64,000 bases of DNA. It comes from Gnetum montanum (lineage: Eukaryota; Plantae; Gnetophyta). The stretch lies in contig MNCI01000503.1 of assembly GCA_015680685.1 (NCBI GenBank), positions 70,515 to 134,514 of the forward strand. The letters are read 5' to 3'. The stretch's first letter is position 1. Every line of letters begins with the position of its first letter. The notes below the pieces were generated by a model that was not told where the DNA came from, searched no databases, and saw only the letters and a list, made by a program, of their open reading frames with translations. This document shows positions 39,255 through 51,559 of this stretch, in pieces. The position numbers were made by a program, and so were the translations under genes.

Positions 39255-40686
39255 TGAAACACCATTAAGAAAATGCATGTTCTAACCTTTTTGACATTGT
39301 AACTTATACCCCATAAACCCAAGCTTGAATTTTCATTGTAAAATGTGAAAATTGTAATCCATGAGATGCAATTTCACATACCTTAATTTTTGGGGATAAA
39401 AAATGCCTCAAAAGTGATTATAGCCTCAATCCCCAAGTAAACAAAATTCATATCATGCCTATATTTAGGCTTGGGGGTTCAAAATGCCTTTTGGACTACC
39501 AAAATTGGCATTTCCATGGGTTTTGTAGAGGGCCTGACATTCTCTATGCTAGAAACACCTGTGTTCAGCATGGAGGGGGAGTGTAACATCACCTATGCCC
39601 AACATTGTGGGGTACAACTCCTACCCCTTCCTAGCATTGCTACTAGACCCCCAACATTCCTCAAATTACTCCAGGATGACCCCAGCACCTCAACATTATT
39701 CACATATCCTAGCATTGATCTCGCAACTCCAATGTGGATGTCATACCCCTAGCATGGTTCTTGCAAGCCCAGCATTACTCTTAAAGGCCAACGTGGTTGA
39801 AAGAAGCCAACGTGGGTAAAATTTCTGTATACTAGTTTTGGTAACTAGAATGGATTTGGTACTTTGGGGGTATCAAAACTTACCATACATAGAAATCACG
39901 TTGGATTTGAATACTTGCACGTAACACCAATCTGTCACCAATTAGATAGAAATTTGCAACAAAACTTATGGCCATGAGACCTATAAAAACCAAGCTTCAA
40001 CACCATGAACAGGTTTCACTTTTTGGCATTCAAGAGCTTTGAAAATTAATTGCAGGCACAAAGCTTTTAAGATCAAAATTCAACATGGAATCCACAGCCA
40101 TTATAACCACTTTTAACATGCCCCCGCCCCAATATTATGTGTGATTTTGTGGAAATTTTGAGCATCCTAGGCATCAATACTCCTAGCATGGCTCTTCTTG
40201 GTAGCCCAAAACCCCCACACATCTTACCCACCTATACCACCAACACTGCAAATCTAGTGAGGAGTACAAAAATGTTTCATAATTTAAGAAGTTATGGAGC
40301 ATCTAGATCATGGAGTTGACTATGGCATCCAAGGCTACCAGTTTCAATAGATTTCAAACCCCTAGTGAAGTAAACTCTTTACTTCCTCAGGAACCACTTG
40401 TACACACTCCGAACTCTCTTTATTTTCATTATAATAAATTTTACAGTTCTGTTTGTTCTAAAAGTTAGCGTATATTTATTATTCATTTTATGCATCTATT
40501 TTCATATCTGCATTGTATTTCTACTTTATAACCCCGATTTACATTTTGTGAGTTCCTGGGTGATCAAGAAGACTATCTAGGGCACCTCAAATCTTTTTTT
40601 TTTTTGGAGTTCCTTGGGGTCTAGGGTTAAATCTGTTCTAGCCGAGATCTTTAGTTTTCTCACAACCAAATATTCCAATCGCTACA
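39255..40686 (+). repeat. B 3' LTR
   Basis: TG..CA termini; preceded by AAAGAGAAG purine tract. Confidence 0.93.
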
Positions 40687-40691
40687 CCTAT

Positions 40692-41520
40692 CATACCAAT
40701 GTTAATTGAAAGGTCCTATATTATTATAACAATTTATTATTGTACTAAGTGGATGGAAGAAACTACAGTCAAGAATTACACAGCCACAATAGCTATGAAA
40801 TTATTTCAACAACATTTGGTGAATAAGTTTGGAATACCAAGAATATTAATCTCAAATAACATAATCCATTTTACTGAAGCTATATTTAAGAAGTTAATGC
40901 AACATATTGTGGAAAATCATAAACTCACTATACACTATCATCATCAAGAAAATGGATAAGTTAAAGCGACTAACAAAGAAATTACATGAATATTAACTAA
41001 ACTAGTAGTAGATATAGAAAGGATTAGAGTACTAAGCTTAACAATGGTTCATGAGCATATCGATCAACCTAAAAACTTCATATAGGGTATTCTCCATATG
41101 AAGTCATTTATGGTAAATTACCTATCCTACCAATTTAAGTAGAAATGGATATCTTAAGAATAGCTTGTGCACTTAACTTAGATGTGGAATTAGGCTAGAA
41201 AGATCAATTAATAGACCTTAATCCATGAAATAAAGATTGACTAATAGCCTAAATGAGCAACAAGATTTAGAAGAAATATTCCAAACATCAACATGACACT
41301 AGGGTTAGATAAGTCTCTATTAGACCTAGTAATAAAGTCCTTTACTATAATCCAAATCATATTACCTAAAATACTAAGTTTTAAACTTTATGAAAAGGAT
41401 CCTATATAGTCCATGCCACATACTAATCAAAGGCCATGCAAATCTACGATTTCGATAACCCATAGAAACTAATTTTTGTTAATATTCAATAAGTGAAACC
41501 ATTTCATGACTTTTCATCAT
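40692..41520 (+). pseudogene. D integrase, C-terminal part
   Basis: YCTKWMEE, FGIPRILISNN, HHQENG and a GPY motif. Confidence 0.88.
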
Positions 41521-41739
41521 TAGGGAATTTTACCACGTGTTCTAACTAAACTACTTCTTATTCAATGTTTTATTCTTAGGCACCAATCAACATTGAGGTA
41601 ATAGGAATGAAGTGGAACATGGCAGGACAAACTAACCAAATCTTGCAAATTGAGGTCACATGGTGACTTGTTGTCATAATGAGTTGCACCTTTGTGATCA
41701 CTACAAGCATAATCTTGCAAACACAACTTCAAGGAATCC

Positions 41740-44700
41740 TAGCTACATAACAAGCAAGCCCAAGTGCACTGCTAATATTACAATCTAACTACAGGTCTTC
41801 CATGAACCATTTGCAATAGATCATAGAAATAATTAGTTGGGATAGAATAGAAGTATCTAGTATTTATAGAGTCATAGATAATCCAAGTAGACCTATAATA
41901 TCAACAAGACCCACTACTAGTCAAGTATCTTTACAAGCATAAGAGAATGATGATTGAGCACAATAGATCTTTGAAAACTTTACAACATTCCAAGTAGTAT
42001 TAGAAACTAGGAAAGGAATTACTATAGTGATAATGCAACATCAAGATATAGCAAGAGTAGTAGAGGTAATCAGTTATCATATCAAGGAGTCATTTAATAT
42101 TCCCATTACACAACTTGTAGATATTTTTGGAGCCAAAGATATGAAAACATGTGTTAAAACATCAACAAAGGAGATTATATCCCCTACAAAACACAAAGAT
42201 ACATTAGAGAGACTATTGTAGATGGGGCAAGTCATGTAGAATGTTATTGATATTCCTAGTGATATCACTATAGTGTAGTTACAATTAATCTCTATCAAAG
42301 GGAAATTGATCATATGGCAGAGACAAGAATTTCAACACATAGAGAATGAAGTGCATAAGATATAAGAAGAACTAGATGTATTATGAATTGAAAGACAATA
42401 TCCTACATGATATGTTATATTAGACTAGTAATTATAATTCAGAAGTGATCAAATTGATCAATTGATGACTGGATAGAACTAGATGGAAATGGAGAAGTAA
42501 AAATTATTTTGAAATGCTTCTATTATAGATGCCCAGATGTGCATCCATGCTAAAGCTATTACTACATTAGAAGAAAAGAATAAGAGAATTCCTACAAAAA
42601 ATTTTAGATTGACAAATTTAAAGAAATAGAAATACATGCTCAAGAAAGGCATCCATCAAGTAATAAAGTAGTTCACCAAAGTTAACCTACATAAGAGATA
42701 ATTGACCCAAGAGAATAAAATATTGTTAATGGAACAAGTAAAATTAGTAAAATAGAAATTAGCTATTCAAATTAGTGCATAGTAAAATGAGGTAAAGAAG
42801 CATGGAATACTCAAAAAACACATTTGAGATCAGGTGGACATGTACAAGCATATCAATAAGAAGGAAATATAGATGACCAAAATCAAGATCAACTCCATTA
42901 CATAGTAGTTACTTGATTGGAAAATTATCTTGGATAGTCTTGCCCTTGTTAACCAAGCTAAGCTTAGGAATAAATACCTATAGATAGAAGACCTAATAGA
43001 GTACATGGAATTAGCAAATCTATGCTATGTTAACTTGCCCATGTTGATAGAAAATCTATGCATGTTGTAACCTTTGTAGCCCTCACCCCATGAAACCCAA
43101 GGTTGAACTTCATTGTAAAATGTGAAGATTGCAATCCAAGAAATGTAGTTTCACATACTTTAGCTTTTGGGGCTCAAAAATGCCTCATAAGTGGTCAAAG
43201 CCTCAAACCTTAAGTGAAAAAAGTCATATTATGCCTATATTTTGGCTTGGAGGATTCAAATGCCCTTTGGACTATGAAAATTGGCATTTTGATGGGTTTT
43301 ATGAGGGGCATAACATTTACTACACTACAAAGACCTATGGGAGGATATGGCCCACCTGTACATAATGTTGGGGGGTAAAACATCACCCATGCCTAGCATG
43401 GGGCATATAACTCTTACCCCCCAGCGTTACTACTTCATCCCCCTAACATTGCACCTTCCCCTTAGCGTTGCTCCAACATGGCCTAGAATTTTAGCACTAC
43501 TCCAATGTCAATGTTGACCCTACAGTTCAGTGTTGATTTTGGAAGGCCCAATGTGGGTGGAAGAAGCCAGTTTGTATGAAATTTTCTTTTACTATTTTTA
43601 GTAAACAAAATAGTTTTAATGCCATGGGGTATCAAAACTTACCATACATAGTAACCCAATTGGATTTGTACATCTATAAACACCTTCACGTAGTCAAAAT
43701 TCTACCAACAATAGAGCAAAATTTGCAACCAAATTTGTGGCCAATATCCTATAAAAACCAAGAACCAACACCATAGAAAGGTTCCAAATTTTTGCATTTT
43801 TAGGCAAACTTTAATATTCCAGAGCTCTTACAATCTTACAAATACTGAACTTCTTGAATCACCCTAGCATGGAACCTCTGTAGCCATTGTGAGCCTTTTT
43901 ATCCTCCTTGAGGTTGTGTGAGTGCTTGGTACCAATGTTGAGTATTCTGGACTTAATGCTCCTAGCATTGCTCCTCCTGGTTACCAAGAAACCCCTACAC
44001 ATCTAATCCCCCTACATCACAGATGCTGTAGATCTAGTGCAGATAGCAACAAGGTTCAATAGCATTAGGAGTTATAGAACCTTTAGATCGTGGAGCTAAC
44101 CGTGGCATCTAGAGCCACCAGTTTCAATAGACTTTGAACCCCCATCAAAGTGAACCCCCTTGCTACTCCAAGCACATATTGTACACATTCCTTGAACCTT
44201 GTTTATTTTTGTCAAAATAATATTTGTAGTTCTATTTGTGTGTAGGTTTCATTTATTTGTTTCATTTTGGTGCATTTGTCTTCTAGAATTGTATCTGCAT
44301 TTTCATTTTTATTACTTCGTTTGATCATCCTTAAGGCCTTGGATGATTTGCTAGACCATCTAGGATACCTTGGATCCTATTTTATGAGAAGGTCCTTAGG
44401 ATCTGAGGTTAAGACTACTGCACCAAGATCTTTAGTTTTCTAGTGACTAAATTTTCCAATTGAAACAAAAGCTAGTATAGTAATTTTCTACTATGTATTC
44501 TATGTATGAAAGACAGTTTGCAAATAGGAAAGACAAAAAAAAACTTTACATTGCAAAGTATAAATTTTAAGTAGTCAAATTGAGCTATCAAGATTAGAAA
44601 GATGTTGTAACAAATTTAGCTAGAAGAATGACAAATTATTAGGAATTACAAAAGATGACAACATCTTTTAAGGTAGAAAGAACATAGTTTGTAGCATGAT

Positions 44701-44906
44701 ACATCAAAGCTAATAAGGTGTTTTCACAACTACTATGTCCTTTAAAAATACCAACACTTGAAAACATCATTAAGTTGGTGTGGATAGTACATGATCTCAA
44801 GAGTGAAGACGAAAAGTTGAGGGTGTTGCTAAATAAATATAAATTCAAGAAACTAGATAATAAAGGGAAGAAGTTAATGGAGGAGCCACCACCATTAAGA
44901 ACCTGA
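41740..44906 (+). pseudogene. D 3' additional (env-like position) coiled-coil ORF remnant
   Basis: IEYMELANL shared with the E 3' ORF; interrupted by a solo LTR. Confidence 0.65.
43049..44467 (+). mobile_element. Solo LTR of the B/C Tat group, 5' end slightly truncated
   Basis: Colinear with the B LTRs; the host ORF resumes after 44467; no TSD visible. Confidence 0.85.
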
Positions 44907-45546
44907 AAAGACTACATGAATTTTCCATTTCATTTTCTTTTATTATTTTTTTTTATTTTTTTTATCATGACGTAAGTCATATCTTAATTATACACTAAAT
45001 GATAATTTTATAACTCCACTCAAACAAAAATGTAGCATCCATAGTTAGAGTTAATCATGTATAAATTTCATGATGTCGAGTCCAAGTAACCCCATAAGTT
45101 TGTAATGTCTCTATCCTCCTTTTGTTTGAACCCAAGGATGATTTCTCAATTAGTCAATGGGATATGATGAAACATTATATGTAAGGACTACAATATTATA
45201 GATGTAATATTATAGCTTAGTATACAATGTCACAAATATGATATAGTGGACCATGATCATACCTATAAATACAAGGCCACTGTCATATCAAATCAAAAAG
45301 TGTACCAACACTATTAAAACTCTTGCAGTTTATTTTTGTAAAGTCAGAGTTCGTTGTGAATGCCCACAGTGTGATGAATTACAATATATGACATCTTTAT
45401 TTGAGTGAATTATTCCTAGACACAATTCATAAATGGTAATAAAGATTGAGGTTGTTCTCCATCATTGTAGCATCTCATATAGAATAGATTTACTCTCCAA
45501 TGTTATTTACTTTTACGACATCATTCATATTTCCTAAGTCTTTTAC

Positions 45547-46440
45547 TGATGAGCAGGGAGGTACCCCTACACCAAACCACATGAATCACGAGTGTTCACG
45601 CACGACTTGATCGAATTCCATAGACTGCAAGCACTTGCATACACCAAACTCTAGCCAACAGAACCTTAGTTAGAATGGTCATTGTCTTCCCAACCTCACT
45701 TGTGATATTCTAAAGCAATGGTTAAGTGAGATTGAGGTAAATGATTTTTATTTGTTTTCTTTTTATCTTTTAAGGTCTAATTCTTTAATTATAGGGAATG
45801 GAAACTTGTGTAATTTATAATTATTCTACGCTACCGCTTAACTCTCCCTAGCATAAGCAACTGATCCCATCTTCCATGCACATCCTAAGCATACCCTAAC
45901 TGCTGCTAGGTTACCAAACGTTAAGCGTCACTAAGTTACCAAGTGTTTGATATATGTTCGAGATGGTCATGCTTATGGTTCTCATAAAATATGAAAGGAC
46001 AATAATAATAAAGTGATAACAATAAAAGCTTCTACAATTATTAAAGCATTGAAATATTAAACTATTAAATTCTTAAGTGATTAAATCCAAATGTTGCAAG
46101 GAATGCTCAAAAAGCTCATCTTCATTACTGGTCATGCCAATGGGCTCAAGTACATTAGCACTTGAATAAAGAGCCGTACAGCTTTCTCACACATGCTGCG
46201 GGCACTTGGAAAATATTCTAGCTCTTACGGGAACAAACTACAAGAGTTTCACTACAACTACTCCAAACAATGTCACAAATGCGATGGGTGCATGCATATT
46301 TATAGCTAGAGACAGACTCTACGTTAATGAGGTCTTGTTAACGCATGGACAGATACGTTGATGGGGTCATGTCATTGTGGCCACGTCAACGGGGCTCCGT
46401 TAATGCGGCCCAGTTGACATATTGACTGAACACTTCATCA
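45547..46440 (-). repeat. E 3' LTR
   Basis: Colinear with 57855-58748. Confidence 0.95.
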
Positions 46441-46659
46441 TACCCCCACGACTATGTGGAAACTCATCCTTGGTTTTATTACAATTTGGAAGGTATGAAG
46501 TTATTACAGCACACATGGTGAAACACATCTACATAAACACTAACTCTATTGACATACCAAGTGCCCGGGTGTACGAAAAAAAAAATTACAAAAATTGTGA
46601 TGCTCAAAGACAAAATTGAACACCCTGATAGAAATGGATTTTCCACCCTACCAAAAAAT

Positions 46660-49532
46660 ACTAAACTTATTGGAGAAGGTCACACTCTCCCTAGTGGCGG
46701 TGGTGCTAATGGGCCTTCACCAACTTCTGGTGCATGTGGTGGTTGTGGCATTGATGACGATTACCCTGTAGCAGCTACAACTTCCAGAGGCAATTTAAAA
46801 GCCTCCAAAAATGCCCTCATTTTATCTTCTTTGCTTCTAGGATCGTTCACTATCTAGGCAGCTTCACCAATGTGTGCCAGAATAGGAACGTTCCAAGGAC
46901 ATGGAAGTGCAAGAAAGAGTTCCTTCAAATTCACAAACCAAGCAGTGGATTGTTTTCATTCAATATCGAATGCTCAAATTGATGTCTGCAGCTACTAGTA
47001 GTCATTCATTCATCAGGCCAAGCTCTCTACAACCACATGTTGTCCTTCAAAATGGGTGTGAAGAACTTCGAATTCCACATTTGTTGTTTCTAATTTTTTT
47101 TATCTCTTTATGAATTTGGAACTTACCCTCGTATAAAGAATACAAGGTGGCCACTTGCTTTTCCAGGTTATATCCTGGCCTTCCAACTATTAGCATAGCC
47201 AGGTTTGCATAACGAAGATTGGCTAACTCCATGTATTCTATCATTTCTTCAACTTGCAATTCTTTGAGGCAGATCTTAGCCTGGTTGTAGGCGTTCAAGG
47301 CATCGAAGATGGGCTGCCATACCTCGCCTCCTTCCCGAAGCTTCTGGAGTGCTTAGTTCATTTTAGCCTTTATGACTTGAATCTCGTTTTCATTTACTTC
47401 TTTTTGAAATCCCACCTAGTACCTATAGTGATTTTTAACTCATTCAAACTTAAGGGCCTCATTTTTCCAAGCGGTGATTTCAATTGTTGATTTTTGTCGT
47501 AAGGTTCGAACTTCCTCCATAGACATATCACGATTTTCAGTTATCAATCTCCTCACATTAGTGTTTACCCTGGCTAGCTCCTCCTATTGTTGATGGATGA
47601 AGTCTTTCATGTTTTAATTCTTAACACCAACATTGTGCAGGCGATGAAATTTTGCAGTCAGCTTGACATTCTCCTGGTGAACCTCTGCCAAGTCCTTGTT
47701 TAGATGGTAAGCATGGACGTCTGTTAAGGACTTGTCAAAGATTGCTGACTCTTGCTCACCCTCAACCGTCTAAAGTTTGGTTTGAAACTATTGCAAAGAT
47801 TCATCCCTAGTGAGTTCATGGTTGAGGAGAGCTAGATTAGCAAGTTGGACCATTAATTGGGCAACTTCCACTGCCAAGCGTTGATGATCTACTTGTGCCA
47901 CTTCAAGTTGCCCCTCCAAGATGAGTCACTTGCCCCTTGTTGAGAGAAGCTCTTACTAAGTCCCAGTAATGTTGTTTAGAAGATCAAAGACATCCAAAAG
48001 TAGTTGTCTAGTTCCCACCAGTCGATCCAAAAACTCTTCATGTTGGGCTGCATTGATTCTACTACGTGAAGTTCCTGTTAATGTCTATACATCTCCAAGT
48101 CCATGTACATCTAGTATATGCATCGTAGATGAATTAAGGGCCATAGAAATTATGTCAAAAACCACTTCAATTGCAACTTCTTATCCTTCATGTTGCATTA
48201 CCATGATAGTTGATCCCTCTCCATCCTCCAAGTGCACCGAAAAAGTAGTGACATTTCCTAAAATTTTAGGAAACAACTATTGGGTGGACACCATTACTTC
48301 TCAGATACTTGGATTAGTTTTGGTAGGCACTTACATTCGAGTGACAGAAAACATCGGCCATGCTCTCTCTAACAGACTCACCGATTGAGCCACTTTCTTA
48401 AGATGGCTCATCGTAGGGCGATAAACTGAAGGGTCTTCTCCTCCTCCAGTTACTACTAATCGCTCTTGTTGGCTCAAGAACAATTTTCAGATCTCACGTA
48501 TGTGTTCTGCAATTGTCTGTGAGCCCAACCTTGTTGCTTGCACAGGCGGTGGATGTGGTTGTTGCTCTTTCCAGAGTTGTGTTGTGGCTGGAGTCTTGTC
48601 CTTTATCATCTCCTACCACGAGGCAATTGGGGTGTGAAAAAGTGTGTCATTGGAATATAGTGCTATCCTTTCCCATTTGCAAAATTTTTTAATTAAGAGG
48701 AACAAGGTAGAGCTTGCCTTCCACGTTTGTTTTCAACAAATCTCTTCTCAATCTCTAAGAAAAGTAACTATGGAAGGTAGATGGGGAACTTTCTGCTTAG
48801 AGCAGCACATGCATGAGCAGAGAAGGCAGTTATCTTGTTGGGTCTTACGATTGGATTCAAGTGGTAAGACATGATTTTTGAATAAACCCTCTCTGCAGTG
48901 GTTAGGATGCCAAACTCCTTGCGTTCTATCCCATAGCACTGCCTAATCCACTCCCCTTTTACCTTGGGGTCTGCTTGTTTTGGAATCTCTGCCACGTCAG
49001 CTCCGGTCTTTGGCAATCCCAGAGATTATTTAATTGCTTTGGTAGAGTAAGAGACATGAATGTCTTTAATTCTTACTCTGGACCTTGGTTGCCGATTTGG
49101 CTAGAAGAGGTAAGTTTCTCCTAGGTACCATTCACCACTGGATGTGATGATTGGCCACATAGGAGAATTTTGCAATTGGGTTTTGACCTCTTCTAATGCA
49201 TTCTCCAAAAAGAGTCTGAAGTTTAACTCCTGAAAGACTATTCATTGCAGCTCCCTTAGCTTAATAGCATTAATACAAGCCTAGGTTAGGGTGACCTCAA
49301 GCCGCAGTGCTACCATAGAAGTCTTGTCCCTTTGCGATTGTTCGTTGGGGATGTCCTCTTCAGGAATCTAACAAATAGATTCCACGTTAGGTTCCTCACG
49401 GAGGGGGCCAATTATGTGTGAGCCCTCAACATGCTCTAGAGGTTGTGCACCTCGTCCTCTTCCCATTCTCGATTACTTGTACCTTGATTGGGACGATCCT
49501 TCTCCCCTTGGATGCCTCAGTTTGGGTGCCAT
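46660..49532 (-). pseudogene. E 3' additional ORF: plant-transposon-protein-like domain plus long coiled coil
   Basis: TGTAG|ATG start (MAPKLRHPRG); VRIKDIHVSYSTKAIK*SLGLP; a few stops. Confidence 0.7.
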
Positions 49533-51559
49533 CTACAGTCACAACATAACCATGAATTAAAATGTGTATAAATTGCTCAAAATGACAATCATACACCTTC
49601 TCATTTTGACCAAGCTATGACAATGGTGCGTGCATCCTATTAGGTTCCCTGGAGTATAGTTGAGGGGTTAGAAAAACAATAAAACATAATGAGTTGTCAT
49701 TTATAGTTGTTATGTTGTTTTTTTTTTATTTTTCCTTTTCTATCCCCTAAGAGGTGTTAATTATTTGATAATTATAATAATTATAGACCTCACCCGCCCC
49801 CCACCTCCATGATGAAGAGCATACCTCCAGGTGTGAAAGAGGGAAAGGATGGATAGATTAGAACATGCGGTAGGAAAAGTAGGTGCGTGGAAAGAAGAGG
49901 TGATGCAGAAAAATGGAAAAACTCCCCTACCTGAGTGCACAAATGGGCAAAGTTCACAGGTGCAACATGGGTATATATAGTATTTTTACCATGCATCGAC
50001 AGGGCTATGTAAATGAGGCTACGTAATGCAAGGGGATGCATATACAGGGCCTAGTTGACGTAGTTATGCTATGAATGTTGACCTATGTTGATTGTTGAAG
50101 AAAAAGTCCAAAGATGTGAATTGGAGCACAGCATGGGGGTGATTCAAGGTCGTAGAGACTAGAGAATAATATGAGTGAAAGAGGAAGGAAGATTGTAACT
50201 AGAAGAAGAGTCGAAATGAGGATAATATCATAGTATGGAACTTTTTGGATGAGGGACTATGCGATGGTTAGCACAGAAGTGATCAACCAACCATATCAAG
50301 GGGGTACGATATTAACAAAAAAAAACTAAAGGATATGCAAGTGGATCCTCCCCATAGCAAGTGGTAGCCTCAGTAGCCTTTGCATATCATCAACACAAGA
50401 GTCCATGGACCCCATAGTTAATTAATGGTGATTGCGAGTTAATACCCAAATCCATCAGAACCAGCCGAAGAATTAGAAGTTCTAACATAGCACAATAGAC
50501 ATTCAAGACATAGAACTGGTAGTGAGGTGAATAATGGGAAGCAAATGATGAAGAGAAGAGGGAGTGAGATGGAATTCCTAATGTTGGTCACATGAAATCC
50601 CTTGTGAAGTGTGTAATTAAGGGACCCAATAGGATCCATCCTTAGTCCAAACCCAAAACCAACCACGTGCAGTGACATTGTAGCAACATTCAAAGATTAG
50701 GCCATGCTCCCACAAACAAGCACCACTCCAACATGAGTGAGCGAGAGGAAGTGAAAAAGGAGCTGAGTTAGAGGGGACAAATCAAGTCCCATAACTAGTT
50801 CTTGTAGCTTATTAGAGGTGGTCTAAAGGGTGTGCTTTGAATTCCCATGTGTTTTTTTTTTCCTATGGGAACCACACCATGCAAAGACCCATGTGTTTTC
50901 GCATGCATTTGGCCAAAGGGTATGCTTTGAATCCTCATCATTTTTTTCTGTGATGAGGACCACACCATGCAAGGAAAAATTGCCACGTAACTTCCAATTA
51001 GGAGAGGATATGGAGTGGTAAGAAGTTCGTGAGGACACACATTTGTATGCAAGGGAATAGAAAAGTATGAAGAATGTTGCATTCTCAAGTCTAGAAACTA
51101 CGCAAGTCATGAATTAATTAAAGTTGGAGTGGGTGGATGGGTGGATGACATGGACTCACTGCCTATTACATGAAATGAGAGTATAACGTGACTACCTAGA
51201 ATAACAATGCAAAGGCTAGAGCTAGATATAATAGGTTGACCATATCATGCAACCCATTGCAAAGAGAAACAACCACACCAATACATCCTGTGACAATAAG
51301 ACGGCTTATTAATGAAAGGTATAAAACAACTAGAAGATAAGCACATACATACATACATATATATATAGATAAAAAAATAAATAGATAAGTAAATAAATAA
51401 CGAAAAAGTAAGCAAGAATGGAAAACGTACAAATGATGTTGTAAAACAAAAAACCTAAAACAACTAAGGAGCCAGTAGAATTAGTTAGCATGTAAGGTGA
51501 TCTCCCCCACGACTAAGTTGAGAGGAGGAGATCCGAAAAATGGAACGAGGTTGGATATG

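Larger units (their letters stand above)
19524..40686 (+). mobile_element. Element B: full-length 21.2-kb Tat/Ogre-type Ty3/gypsy element
   Basis: LTR pair, perfect TSD CCTAT (19519-19523 and 40687-40691), PBS, PPT, gag-PR...RT-RH-aRH-INT; the host integrase reads through once B is removed. Confidence 0.95.

Noticed and set aside
51340-51400. (CATA)n/(TA)n/(TAAA)n tract
   Set aside because: Ordinary low-complexity microsatellite
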